Made by a program: the position numbers and the translations under genes. Below, piece after piece: positions 1 through 9,599 of a stretch of 64,000 nucleotides of DNA (its first letter is position 1; every line of letters begins with the position of its first letter). Below the pieces are notes generated by a model, which saw only the letters and a list, made by a program, of their open reading frames with translations, ran no database searches and was not told the origin of the DNA. Source of the DNA: an uncultured Calditrichota bacterium. Its GTDB lineage: Bacteria; Calditrichota; Calditrichia; JAJRVZ01. Where the stretch lies: NCBI GenBank assembly GCA_964489835.1, contig CAZBBC010000001.1:5517-69516 (forward strand), given 5' to 3'.

Positions 1-330
1 GATCGGGGTCGCTTTAAATTTAACCGATCCGGAAAGTTTCAGTTCTATCAAAGAGGCGAAGAAAAAGCATTGCGAAGTACGGATGTTCTGGCAGCCCTGA
101 AAACCTATACCATCCAGGAAAACCAGCCGGAAAAGTGTCGACGCTGTCAACATGGGATCCTGGTCGACCGGGAATCGGCAACACCCGGTCCCTCCCGGGC
201 AACGGTCTGTTTACAAGGTATTGCCGATTACCGCTATTGCACGGTAAATGTCAATACAGAAGATCCCAACGGCCATGAGTCTTGCATTAATGCCCAATGG
301 GGCAATAAAAAATGTTACCATGTATTATAA
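1..330 (+). CDS. C-terminal fragment of a CDS that starts upstream of the window; Cys-containing hypothetical protein
   Basis: The frame is open from base 1, with no stop until 330. A CRRCQH Cys cluster is present. A perfect palindromic terminator follows. Confidence 0.35.
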   Translation, partial: DRGRFKFNRSGKFQFYQRGEEKALRSTDVLAALKTYTIQENQPEKCRRCQHGILVDRESATPGPSRATVCLQGIADYRYCTVNVNTEDPNGHESCINAQWGNKKCYHVL

Positions 331-390
331 ATAAATGATGGTTATATTGATGTAATTGGTCGGGAATAAACAATATTATAATACCGGATA

Positions 391-425
391 GTAGAGAGGT
401 TGCATGCAACCTCTCTACATTTTTT
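391..425 (+). terminator. Intrinsic terminator: perfect 28-nt palindrome gtagagaggttgcatgcaacctctctac followed by a T-run
   Basis: A 14-bp perfect stem read directly from the sequence. It is followed by 'attttttaat' and sits 60 nt downstream of the + strand ORF ending at 330. Confidence 0.6.
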
Positions 426-518
426 AATATTATCATTTTTTATTTAAATTCAATAAAAATATCTTTGTGTTCTTTGTGTGCTTCATTTTTTATAGATAAA
501 TCAGATTAAATTATCATC

Positions 519-1043
519 ATGACAAGCGAATTAAATAAAAAAATTGTTCTGTCTATGAGCCTGGGATTGATGTTCTGGCTGGCGGGAATTATTTTCACCC
601 CGGTTCTGGCCGCTGCCGGTCATCCTCTTTCACATAAACTGGCCGCCTTTGCCTATTTCTTTTATCAACCAGTCTGCCACCAGATTCCGGGCCGGTCATT
701 CTGGGTCGGTGATTTTACCATGGCCGTCTGTATCCGCTGTTTTTCTTTCTATTTCGGCGGATTTTGTACCTTGTTGTTTTTTCTCTTTCGAAAAAAAATT
801 TGCTTGTGGAAAATTTCCACCTATGTCCTTTTAATGATACCGGCGGTTGTAGATTTTCTGTTGGAAAAATTTGATTTATATACCAATATTATCGGTCTGA
901 GGTTTTTCACCGGCTTTATGTTCGGTATTGCCCTGTTTCACCTGCTGATTCTCTCTGTTGCCGTCCGGGATCAGAAGACGATTGATAAAAATTCTAAAAC
1001 TCTAAATTTAACCGTCAGCGTTTTACAGGATAATAAATTTTGA
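519..1043 (+). CDS. DUF2085-family integral membrane protein
   Basis: The 174-aa product is multi-TM. CHQ…PGRSF and C-I-R-C motifs are typical of DUF2085. Confidence 0.55.
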   Translation: MTSELNKKIVLSMSLGLMFWLAGIIFTPVLAAAGHPLSHKLAAFAYFFYQPVCHQIPGRSFWVGDFTMAVCIRCFSFYFGGFCTLLFFLFRKKICLWKISTYVLLMIPAVVDFLLEKFDLYTNIIGLRFFTGFMFGIALFHLLILSVAVRDQKTIDKNSKTLNLTVSVLQDNKF

Positions 1044-1077
1044 TAATTAATTGACGTCGGATGCATAATTTTTTTTT

Positions 1078-1151
1078 AACCACAAAGGACACAAATGCTA
1101 GAATCGTAGAGACGTAGCATGCTACATCTCTACTTTGTGTGCTTTGTGGTT
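1078..1151. repeat. Composite palindromic intergenic repeat: 18-bp arms aaccacaaaggacacaaa / tttgtgtgctttgtggtt enclosing a 28-nt hairpin gtagagacgtagcatgctacatctctac
   Basis: The inverted repeat is read directly. The inner hairpin is homologous to the 391–418 palindrome, with one compensatory pair change. Confidence 0.6.
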
Positions 1152-1190
1152 AAAACAATTCAACTGATCAGGAAAAACAGGGTGTAAAAT

Positions 1191-1679
1191 ATGGATAATC
1201 AAAGAATTATTACTGCCGGATTTATCGGCGGGCTTGTGGCCGGTGCACTTAATTCAATACCGTTTTTAAATTTTATCAATTGTTTCTGCTGTCTGGGTAT
1301 TATGCTGGGCGGTCTGGTTGCGCTTGTTTATTATGATAAAACCTTTTCTGTACCGGAATATATCAGTCCGGCCGCTGCCGTGACCGTCGGGATCGCGGCC
1401 GGCCTGTTTGGTGCTTTTATATCCCTGTTTATGGACTGGGTTATTTATATTAACTTTGGCCACTGGGAAATTGAATTTATGCAGCGAATTTTTGAAAATA
1501 TGGAAGAAGTGCCGCCGGTGTTGGAAGAAGTTATGTACGAACTGGAAAAAGAACTTCAATCCGGATTCATATGGGGATCTATCCTTTTTCGTAACCTGAT
1601 CATTATGCCTGTTTTTTGCCTGATCGGTGCACTGATCACCCGGGTGGTTATCAACAAAAACCGACAGCCACTGGTTTAA
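1191..1679 (+). CDS. hypothetical polytopic membrane protein
   Basis: The 162-aa product has several hydrophobic helices. No recognisable catalytic motif. Confidence 0.5.
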   Translation: MDNQRIITAGFIGGLVAGALNSIPFLNFINCFCCLGIMLGGLVALVYYDKTFSVPEYISPAAAVTVGIAAGLFGAFISLFMDWVIYINFGHWEIEFMQRIFENMEEVPPVLEEVMYELEKELQSGFIWGSILFRNLIIMPVFCLIGALITRVVINKNRQPLV

Positions 1680-2200
1680 GGATGCGGTTTTGAAAGTTCA
1701 ACCAAAACCTCTTTCCATAGCGACTCCCTGTTTTTCAGGGTCATTTGCAGGAGAGAAATGTCCTTACGCTTTTTAAGCTGTAAGGTCTTAAGAACATCCA
1801 TCGAAGCCAGTGTGGCTATTAATGGAATATCGGAATCCATAACTTCCAGAATCTTTTGACGGAATAAAGCGGATAGACATTCCATGGTACTAATTTCATC
1901 AATTAAAAAAAGTTCGACTTCCTTACTGGTCACCAGCTGCCTGGAAATGAACTTTTCAAAACCATCCAGATTTAACCCAAAGGCCCCGAAACGGTCCGGT
2001 CCGACAATATGACTATGGGCAAGAATCAACTCCCGAAAGTCGAATGAACTGAGACGATATCCTCGGAGTAATTTATTTTCGTGGACTGGTTCCTTATAAA
2101 ATCCGCGAATTACCAGAGAGGTTAAGTCACGATGCAAATGGGAAATCAATGAGGTTTTTCCGATGCCTGGAGCACCGGTGATAAGGACGTTTTGAGGCAT
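1676..2200 (-). CDS. P-loop NTPase, THEP1-like nucleoside-triphosphatase
   Basis: A Walker A motif GAPGIGKTS lies at the N-terminus. A Walker B-like LFLIDEI is present. The ~175 aa size matches THEP1/NTPase_1. Confidence 0.65.
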   Translation of the reverse strand: MPQNVLITGAPGIGKTSLISHLHRDLTSLVIRGFYKEPVHENKLLRGYRLSSFDFRELILAHSHIVGPDRFGAFGLNLDGFEKFISRQLVTSKEVELFLIDEISTMECLSALFRQKILEVMDSDIPLIATLASMDVLKTLQLKKRKDISLLQMTLKNRESLWKEVLVELSKPHP

Positions 2201-2496
2201 AAACGATTATTTTTTATTCGTGGTTTACTAAATTTTATTACCTTCATCAACGATAGAGCGAATTAAGATTAATTAATAAAATATTAAAGCGCAAGTAGAT
2301 AATGTATCCTATGAAATCAACGACCTATACCCACCGGGTGGCTGTTAATGCTTTTCTGATTTTTTATTATAATATTATTTATCCGAATATATTCATAGCG
2401 CTGTCGTTGGCTGCAATCAAAAAAAGAATTTGTCCACGGATTATCCGTGGATAATAAACCCTGCTGCTTTGCAAGAGAGTTCTCCCAATACGCATA

Positions 2497-3108
2497 CTAA
2501 TATATATTGATCGATCCGAAAACGATTGAGCATTGAATATATAGTTTTTCTGTCGCCTTATCATAATCCCCTTCGGTATGCTCCAGTTTTGTAAACAACC
2601 CTTCTCTTTTATTACTGCGCACCATGATGTCACCGGCAACACTATTGGTACGTGCTTTAAAAGGAATACCCTTGGGGGCAATAATCGTAACATCTCCAAA
2701 AATACCGTTTATAAAAACATTGGTTATTCCCCGGGCTAACTTTATTTCTGAAAGATCAAGTTTTATGTTACCGAAAACATTACTTACCGATCCACCCCGA
2801 AAGTTTTCCGAGGTCACTTGCAGTTGAATATCACCAAAAACATTGCTCTCCGATAAACCGTCTTTGCTGCTTTTGCCCCCTTCTTTCGCAGAAGAAGCAA
2901 AGGATTCAAAAGATTCTTCACCCTCAACCCGATAGCGACCTCTGTCATAGATCATCTTAATACCTATTGCTACCAGAATCAGGGGCCAATAGGTGCTGAG
3001 AATATCACCAAAATCGAGATAATAAAAATTATCAAGCAATAAAAGCGCTCCCAATAAAATAAGGATGGCTCCCCAAAAAATACCACTGCTTGCTTTGGAA
3101 TGATGCAT
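2497..3108 (-). CDS. LiaF-like / DUF4097 ('toast-rack') membrane protein
   Basis: Two N-terminal TM helices are followed by a repetitive β-strand domain with VFGD/IFGD repeats. The start is placed at the internal ATG, which follows a strong GGAGGAGG RBS, rather than at the ORF-track start 3192. Confidence 0.55.
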   Translation of the reverse strand: MHHSKASSGIFWGAILILLGALLLLDNFYYLDFGDILSTYWPLILVAIGIKMIYDRGRYRVEGEESFESFASSAKEGGKSSKDGLSESNVFGDIQLQVTSENFRGGSVSNVFGNIKLDLSEIKLARGITNVFINGIFGDVTIIAPKGIPFKARTNSVAGDIMVRSNKREGLFTKLEHTEGDYDKATEKLYIQCSIVFGSINIY

Positions 3109-3307
3109 TGAGTTTTTCCTCCTCCCCGAAATATGGCCTTTTATTTGCCAGACGCTTAGCACTCTGCGCCTGGCGCGCAAAGACTTTGCCAAAAATTATT
3201 ATTTTTCATTGCCAAAATTGACCACAGGAAATTAGCAATTCGTCGGCATTCCGCCAATATTTTTTTGAATTATTGCACCAATACCTGCTCAAATGTAAAT
3301 TCCTTCT

Positions 3308-3898
3308 ATGCAATTAATCAATGTCACAAAAAATACACCGCTTTTTCTGCGTTTCTATGCCCGGTGTTTTACTTTTCCCTACGAAGAAATGGGATATGAG
3401 TTACAATACATTTTTCGCCAGCTGGAGCGGGGGGAATTTTCTGAAAACGAATTTCCACATCTGGACCAGGTTCTGAATGTCATCAATAATTACCAGGGGG
3501 AAGAAATAAAAACCGTCCGCGAAAATTATGTTATGCTATTCAGCCAATGGGAAGGTGGCTCCCCGCTATGCCCTCTGATTGCCAGTGATTTTATGCATAC
3601 CATTGGTAAACCCTATGATCCGGAGACTTTTTTTGATCACCTGATGGAAAGCGCGGTCCCGGTTAACACGGATGAACCGTTGGATTCCCTCCTAAATTAT
3701 CTGGAATATTTTTCTATTCTTTGTGAAAATGAGTGGACGGATCTGAATTTTGATGAACTGCTTGAATTTCAGGATAAACATATTTTTTCCTGGATCCCCT
3801 CTTTTTGTGACCGCTTATACAAGTCAAGTAATATCAGCTTCTATAAAGAGGTCGCCGTCGGGCTTCAAGATTATCTACTCCAATTCAGTGGAGAATAA
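3308..3898 (+). CDS. TorD/DmsD/NarJ-like cytoplasmic chaperone family protein (tentative)
   Basis: The product has a Y..LF motif (ENYVMLF) and a DEPLDSLLNYLEYF segment resembling the EPDH(L) region of redox-enzyme maturation proteins. No molybdoenzyme partner is in the window. Confidence 0.4.
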   Translation: MQLINVTKNTPLFLRFYARCFTFPYEEMGYELQYIFRQLERGEFSENEFPHLDQVLNVINNYQGEEIKTVRENYVMLFSQWEGGSPLCPLIASDFMHTIGKPYDPETFFDHLMESAVPVNTDEPLDSLLNYLEYFSILCENEWTDLNFDELLEFQDKHIFSWIPSFCDRLYKSSNISFYKEVAVGLQDYLLQFSGE

Positions 3899-3952
3899 TT
3901 CCACATATAATAATTGATTTTATTCTCAAATAATTCCCATAGGAGAAATCGA

Positions 3953-5167
3953 TTGAAATATTTGACGTTTCTGATCCTGATCCTCTTTTACCTTCAGGCC
4001 TGTGCTCCCTCCCAAAAAACACAGAAAGTCCCGGAAATATCTCCCGGAGTGAAAGTTGTTTCATTAGATAACCGTTCATTACTTTCACATCCGGAATACA
4101 TCGATTCATTAAAAATGTATCTGAAATCGGCAATCCGGGATAGTGCCTTTCCTGGTTGTGCCATTTCCGTCGGTTTAAAAGGAAAACTGGTTTTTCAGGA
4201 AGGCTTTGGCTACCTTACTTATGACCCGCCATTTGCAAGAGTAAAGACAAACACGATTTTTGATCTTGCTTCATTAACTAAAGTTATCGCCACCACTACC
4301 CTTGCGATGATTCTATATGAGCAGGGTCAGCTGCCGCTGGACCGGAAAGTCGTCGATATTTTGCCCGACTTTCATGGAAATCAGAAGGATCTGGTTACGG
4401 TTCGTCATTTACTCACCCATACCCACGGCCTGGCCGGTTGGAAACAATTTTATTTAAATCTCAAGGGAAAAGAACGTATTGTACGGGAAATCTGCCGGAC
4501 AGATCTGCTATATCCACCGGGCACTCAATACGTATACAGCGATTTGGGGATGATATTGTTGCAAAGAATAATTGAAACGATTGCTCAAAAATCTCTGGAT
4601 TTACTTGTCAAAGATTATATCACCGGCCCCCTGCATATGGACCGGACCTTTTATAAACCGGATAGTTCCTGGTATGGCGAAATTGCTCCGACTGAATTTT
4701 GCAAATGGCGCCGGATACTGGTCCGGGGATTTGTACATGATGAAAATGCCTATGCTATGGGTGGCGTTTCCGGACATGCCGGTTTATTTAGTACTGTTGA
4801 AGACCTATCTGTCTTTTGTCAAATGTATCTAAACGGCGGGGTTTATTATAATCAAAGGATACTACAATCGGAAACCATTGATCTTTTCACCCAAAGGCAA
4901 AATTTAGTTGAAGAAAGTACGCGGGCACTCGGTTGGGATACGCGATCAGAAGAGAACAGTATGGCCGGGGATTTTATGTCCATGCGTGCCTATGGTCACT
5001 CCGGATTTACCGGAACAACGGTTTGGATCGACCCGGAAAACAAGGTGTTTGTTGTATTTTTAACTAATCGTGTCTATCCGACACGTGAAAATCAGAAGAT
5101 TCGCGCCGTGCGTCCAAAAGTACATAATTACATCATGAAAGCGCTATTAAATAGAAATACGAAATAA
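3953..5167 (+). CDS. serine hydrolase of the β-lactamase/PBP4* family, probable lipoprotein
   Basis: SxxK motif (ASLTK), a YSD motif and an HSG motif are present. The start is placed at TTG 3953, which has an AGGAG RBS 7 nt upstream and gives the signal/lipobox MKYLTFLILILFYLQAC. The ORF-track start is 3914. Confidence 0.7.
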   Translation: MKYLTFLILILFYLQACAPSQKTQKVPEISPGVKVVSLDNRSLLSHPEYIDSLKMYLKSAIRDSAFPGCAISVGLKGKLVFQEGFGYLTYDPPFARVKTNTIFDLASLTKVIATTTLAMILYEQGQLPLDRKVVDILPDFHGNQKDLVTVRHLLTHTHGLAGWKQFYLNLKGKERIVREICRTDLLYPPGTQYVYSDLGMILLQRIIETIAQKSLDLLVKDYITGPLHMDRTFYKPDSSWYGEIAPTEFCKWRRILVRGFVHDENAYAMGGVSGHAGLFSTVEDLSVFCQMYLNGGVYYNQRILQSETIDLFTQRQNLVEESTRALGWDTRSEENSMAGDFMSMRAYGHSGFTGTTVWIDPENKVFVVFLTNRVYPTRENQKIRAVRPKVHNYIMKALLNRNTK

Positions 5168-5242
5168 GAATTTCCAGTTAATCCTGTTATCCTGTTATGT
5201 TAAAAATCATATAAGATTATATGATACTCACTATAAATAATA

Positions 5243-5731
5243 TTAATCTTCTATTTTCGGTTTAGATTTATATTGATATTTAACAATTAAGAAAATACCA
5301 ATAAGGATTAGTATCACCGGCCAATATCGCAGGATACCACTGTGACTGATCAGGAAAATAAGACCAAGTCCGGTCAGGATCGATGCCGGTACCAGCATTC
5401 CCCTTTCTTTTCCTCCCAACAAATACATCATAAAAAATCCGATACCGGGCCCGATAAGAAATCCAGGCCAGAGGCTGCCCATTAAATACCAGCCTTCCAG
5501 GGCACAATATAAAAACATAAGTCCATAAATAATCAGAATGCTGCCCGGCATCAACAATCCGGAGTTTTTTCGATCCTGAAAGAAACCAATCCAAAATCCC
5601 ACCCCGGCCAGCAGAACAAAAACCGGCCAGACATTCTCAAAATCAAATTCAAAATAACCAAAATTTTCGGAAAGAAATAATAGCCCGAGTATAATTAATC
5701 CAACGCCGATCACCATATCTGATGTTTTCAT
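5243..5731 (-). CDS. hypothetical polytopic membrane protein
   Basis: 162 aa and very hydrophobic. A GAGGAG RBS precedes the ATG. Confidence 0.55.
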   Translation of the reverse strand: MKTSDMVIGVGLIILGLLFLSENFGYFEFDFENVWPVFVLLAGVGFWIGFFQDRKNSGLLMPGSILIIYGLMFLYCALEGWYLMGSLWPGFLIGPGIGFFMMYLLGGKERGMLVPASILTGLGLIFLISHSGILRYWPVILILIGIFLIVKYQYKSKPKIED

Positions 5732-5768
5732 TTTATTCTCCTCTATTTCCTAAAATATCGAGTGAAGA

Positions 5769-5959
5769 AACCACAAAGCACACGAAGCACACGGAGTTTT
5801 TAATTATTAATATAATCTTTGTGTTAACTTCGCTTTAGATAAAAGAATAATCGATATAAGATCTTCGTGGGCTTCGTGGTAAAAGCATTTTATATGTTTT
5901 AATTTGAACCACCGGGGTCGTCGCTCTCCCGAAAGGCGAGCACTAAGTTCTATGTGGTT
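5769..5959. repeat. Two adjacent members of the CCAC/GTGG-anchored palindromic repeat family
   Basis: Arms aaccacaaagcacacgaagcacacgg (5769–5794) and cttcgtgggcttcgtggt (5863–5880) form an imperfect inverted repeat of ~18 bp. A second hairpin at 5908–5959, aaccaccggggtcg…ctatgtggtt, has a GC-rich core. Confidence 0.5.
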
Positions 5960-6130
5960 TAAAAATAACTGTAGAGCAATTTAATTAAATCCCTTCCATG
6001 GAGCAAGATAATTACGCTATTCCATGGCATTGATTTATTAACAATTTCTTTTAATCTATATTGCCAATGTGTATATTTGTTCTTGTAATTAATTGGAAAA
6101 AAGGAATCTAATCTATTCAATGAGGTCGAT

Positions 6131-7213
6131 ATGGAAAATCGAGTGTTTAACTTTAACGCCGGGCCCGCGGCTCTACCTGTTACCGTTTTAGAAGAAGTCA
6201 AGGAAAATCTGCTCAATTATAAGGGAGAAGGTTTATCAGTGATGGAAATGAGCCATCGCTCGAAGACGTTTGATTCCATTATTAAAGAGGCTGAAAATTT
6301 GACCCGGGAAGTTTTTTCTATTCCTGCCGGTTATTCCATTATATTTATGCAAGGGGGAGCGACACTACAGTTTGCTGCTGTACCTCTTAATTTACTCAAT
6401 GATACCCAAAGTGCGGATTATATCAAAACCGGGTCCTGGTCGGAAAAAGCGATCCAGGAAGCTGAAAAATTGGGAAAACAGTTCAAGGTTATTGCCAGTT
6501 CAGAGGATCAAAATTTCAACTATATCCCATCGTCCTTTAAGGTTAGTCCAGATGCGGCATATTTACATATTACCTCAAATAATACCATTTTCGGAACTCA
6601 ATGGGCCGATTATCCGGATACGGGTTCTGTTCCTATCGCCTGTGATATGTCCTCTGATCTCGGATGTCGTCCTTTAAATGTAGGTAAATTCGGGCTTATT
6701 TATGCCGGTGCTCAGAAGAATCTGGGTCCGTCGGGTGTTACTGTGGTCATCATCCGTGACGATTTGATGGAAAAAAGTCCGGGAAACATTCCGACAATGA
6801 CCAGCTATAAAATCATTGGCGGTAAAGGTTCCCTTTACAATACACCGGCAACCTTTGGTATTTATATCATAAAACTGGTTCTGGAGTGGGTAAAAAATAG
6901 CGGGGGCTTAACTGCCATAGGAAAAATAAACCGGGACAAAGCCGATCTGATATATAATATTCTGGATTCCAGTGATTTTTACCGGGGAACTGTTCAAAAA
7001 AACAGCCGTTCGATTATGAATGTTACTTTCCGCCTGCCTTCAGAGGAACTGGAACAGACCTTTATTGCAAAAGCAACCGGACATGGTATGATTGGCTTAA
7101 AGGGTCATCGTTCCGTAGGGGGCATCCGGGCCAGCATTTACAATGCCGTTTCTCCGGCCGCTGTAAAAGCGCTTACTGATTTTATGAAAGATTTCGAAAA
7201 AACAAATGGTTGA
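6131..7213 (+). CDS. serC: phosphoserine aminotransferase
   Basis: Full-length 360-aa match to the SerC family. The N-terminus reads FNFNAGPAALP and the PLP-fold motifs are present. Confidence 0.93.
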   Translation: MENRVFNFNAGPAALPVTVLEEVKENLLNYKGEGLSVMEMSHRSKTFDSIIKEAENLTREVFSIPAGYSIIFMQGGATLQFAAVPLNLLNDTQSADYIKTGSWSEKAIQEAEKLGKQFKVIASSEDQNFNYIPSSFKVSPDAAYLHITSNNTIFGTQWADYPDTGSVPIACDMSSDLGCRPLNVGKFGLIYAGAQKNLGPSGVTVVIIRDDLMEKSPGNIPTMTSYKIIGGKGSLYNTPATFGIYIIKLVLEWVKNSGGLTAIGKINRDKADLIYNILDSSDFYRGTVQKNSRSIMNVTFRLPSEELEQTFIAKATGHGMIGLKGHRSVGGIRASIYNAVSPAAVKALTDFMKDFEKTNG

Positions 7214-7545
7214 TTACCATAAATAAAAAATATAATACTTTCGAAAAGATATATACGATCGTTAAAAGAATTTCACCCGGTAAAGTGGCCACTTATGGCC
7301 AGATTGCGGCATTGGTTGGGCCGGGATTGCCGGCAAGGATTATTGGATATGCTTTGCATGGTTTACCGGAGAAAACGGATATTCCCTGGCACCGGGTAAT
7401 TAACCGGATGGGTAAAATCTCATTTTCACCATCGAGAAACAATCACGATTCCTTGCAAAAGCATTTACTGGAGCAGGAAGGAGTCATATTTAATTCTGAA
7501 GACAAAATTGATTTTAATAAATTTCTCTGGCATCCTGATGAATAA
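7210..7545 (+). CDS. alkyltransferase-like (ATL) protein: MGMT-family DNA-binding domain without the acceptor cysteine
   Basis: Motif PWHRVIN stands in place of PCHRV. The TYGQIA helix-turn-helix region is present. The product is 111 aa and the start codon is TTG. Confidence 0.6.
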   Translation: MITINKKYNTFEKIYTIVKRISPGKVATYGQIAALVGPGLPARIIGYALHGLPEKTDIPWHRVINRMGKISFSPSRNNHDSLQKHLLEQEGVIFNSEDKIDFNKFLWHPDE

Positions 7546-7634
7546 ATAAGGTTTGTCTGTGTATAGAATTCAGATGTCATTTCATATTTATATAAATTAC
7601 GGTAATCAAAAATTATACAGGAGGAAATGATTAT

Positions 7635-8621
7635 ATGGCAGAAAGAGAAGTTTTTGATTTTAATCAGATGAAAATACCCAACTTATCACCTAATCTGATT
7701 AAATACGGTGTGATTGCTTTTTTTGTGTTGATCTTCGCTTTTTCATCCTTTTTTACGATCAGCCCGGAAGAAGTGGGTGTCATTCTACGCTTCGGTAAAT
7801 TTTCACACGTCGCCGATCCGGGACTTAATTTTAAATTCCCCTTGGGAATTGATCAGCTGTACAAAGTTCCGGTGCAACGTCAGCTCAAAGAGGAGTTTGG
7901 ATTCCGCACCGAAACAGCCGGAGTTAGAACCCGCTATTCGGAAGGCAGTTTCCTCGATGAATCATTGATGCTCACCGGTGACCTGAATGCTGCGGAAGTT
8001 GAATGGATTGTACAGTATCGAATAGACGATCCGTATAAATTCCTCTTTAAAGTCCGGGAGACACAATCAACCTTTCGGGCCATGACCGAAGCTGTTGTAA
8101 GAGAAATTGTAGGCGACCGGACCGTCAATGAAGTTCTGACGGTTGGACGTCAGGAAATCAGTGTTACTGTACAGGAAAAACTTCAGGATTTATGTACTCA
8201 GTATGAGACCGGTATCAAAGTGGAACAGGTGGTGCTACAGGATGTAAATCCTCCTGACCGGGTAAAACCTTCTTTTAATGAGGTGAATGAAGCGCAGCAG
8301 GAAAAAGAAAAACTGATCAATCAGGCCCAGGCGGAATTCAATAAGGTGATTCCACGGGCCAGAGGTGAAGCCGAGAGAACGATACAGGAAGCGGAAGGAT
8401 ATGCCCTGGAAAGAGTGAACAAAGCCCAGGGTGAGGTGTCCCGTTTTAATGTTTTGTTTGGACAGTATCGACTGGCAAAAGAGGTTACTCGCCAGCGAAT
8501 TTATCTGGAAACGATGAACAATATTTTACCAAAGGTCGGGAAAAAACTGATTGTAGACGAGAGTGTCAAAGGCCTTATTCCGCTTCTGGATTTAAAGACG
8601 GAGGTGACTGATGCCAAATAA
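7635..8621 (+). CDS. hflK: SPFH/band-7 protease modulator HflK
   Basis: An N-terminal TM is followed by an SPFH domain and a coiled-coil tail. An AGGAGG RBS is present. hflC follows. Confidence 0.88.
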   Translation: MAEREVFDFNQMKIPNLSPNLIKYGVIAFFVLIFAFSSFFTISPEEVGVILRFGKFSHVADPGLNFKFPLGIDQLYKVPVQRQLKEEFGFRTETAGVRTRYSEGSFLDESLMLTGDLNAAEVEWIVQYRIDDPYKFLFKVRETQSTFRAMTEAVVREIVGDRTVNEVLTVGRQEISVTVQEKLQDLCTQYETGIKVEQVVLQDVNPPDRVKPSFNEVNEAQQEKEKLINQAQAEFNKVIPRARGEAERTIQEAEGYALERVNKAQGEVSRFNVLFGQYRLAKEVTRQRIYLETMNNILPKVGKKLIVDESVKGLIPLLDLKTEVTDAK

Positions 8622-9564
8622 GAAACTGATTTTCTGGGCGGTTGTTATTCTAATCGCATTAATCGTTATTTTTTCAGCTGCTTTTGTTGTTACCGAAACC
8701 GAGCAAGTTATTATTACCCAGTTTGGCAAACCGGTTGGAAAACCAATTACATTACCCGGGATTAATTTTAAAATTCCGATAATTCAGGAAGCCAATTTTT
8801 TTGAAAAACGATTTCTTGAGTGGGATGGCGATCCCAATCAGGTGCCAACCAAAGACAAACGCTTTATCTGGGTCAATACCTATGCCCGCTGGCGAATTAC
8901 AGATCCGCTGCTTTTTTTCCAGCGTTTACGGGATGAACGTGGTGCACAATCCCGTCTGGATGATATTCTCGATGGAGAAACGCGAACGGCGATTGCTAAT
9001 CATTTACTGGTTGAAGTCGTTCGAGCTACCAATCGCGAGCCCATTTTTGATGAGGAATCAACCGGAAGTGATGAGTCACAACTACTGGAAAATATTAAGG
9101 TGGGTCGTGAAAAAATCACACGTGAGATATTAACCGCGGCAACGGCGCGTACACAGGATCTAGGAATTGAATTACTGGACCTGCGCTTTAAACGGATAAA
9201 TTATGTGAAAGAGGTCCGCGAAAAAGTATATGACCGCATGATCACAGAACGTAAACGGGTCGCCGATAAATATCGTTCTGAGGGACAGGGTGACGCATCC
9301 AGAATTCTCGGGGAGAAAGAGCGTGAATTGAAACGGATCACCTCGGAAGCCTTCAGGAAAGCTCAGGAAATCATTGGTAAAGCAGATGCAGCCGCAACCA
9401 AGATTTATGCCGACGGTTATAACCGCAGTGAGGATTCACGTGAATTCTACAAATTCCTGAAAACAATGGAAACATATGAATCTACCTTTGATAGCAAGGA
9501 CTGGCTGATTCTTTCCAGTGAGAGCGATTTTTACAAATACCTGAAAAGACAGTCGGGTCGGTAA
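8611..9564 (+). CDS. hflC: SPFH/band-7 protease modulator HflC
   Basis: An N-terminal TM is followed by an SPFH domain. Its start overlaps the hflK stop. Confidence 0.88.
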   Translation: MPNKKLIFWAVVILIALIVIFSAAFVVTETEQVIITQFGKPVGKPITLPGINFKIPIIQEANFFEKRFLEWDGDPNQVPTKDKRFIWVNTYARWRITDPLLFFQRLRDERGAQSRLDDILDGETRTAIANHLLVEVVRATNREPIFDEESTGSDESQLLENIKVGREKITREILTAATARTQDLGIELLDLRFKRINYVKEVREKVYDRMITERKRVADKYRSEGQGDASRILGEKERELKRITSEAFRKAQEIIGKADAAATKIYADGYNRSEDSREFYKFLKTMETYESTFDSKDWLILSSESDFYKYLKRQSGR

Positions 9565-9599
9565 ATCAGAAGAATTTAGAAGATCTTATTCTTTATCAC

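Noticed and set aside
2326-2342. cccaccgggtgg / caccgggtg short palindromes at 2328 and 23868
   Set aside because: A 9-mer occurring twice in 64 kb is expected by chance, and the 1-nt centre cannot form a hairpin.
2379-2699. 106-aa minus-strand ORF overlapping the 3' end of the LiaF-like gene
   Set aside because: It overlaps a better-supported CDS in another frame and has no RBS. The composition looks like out-of-frame noise.
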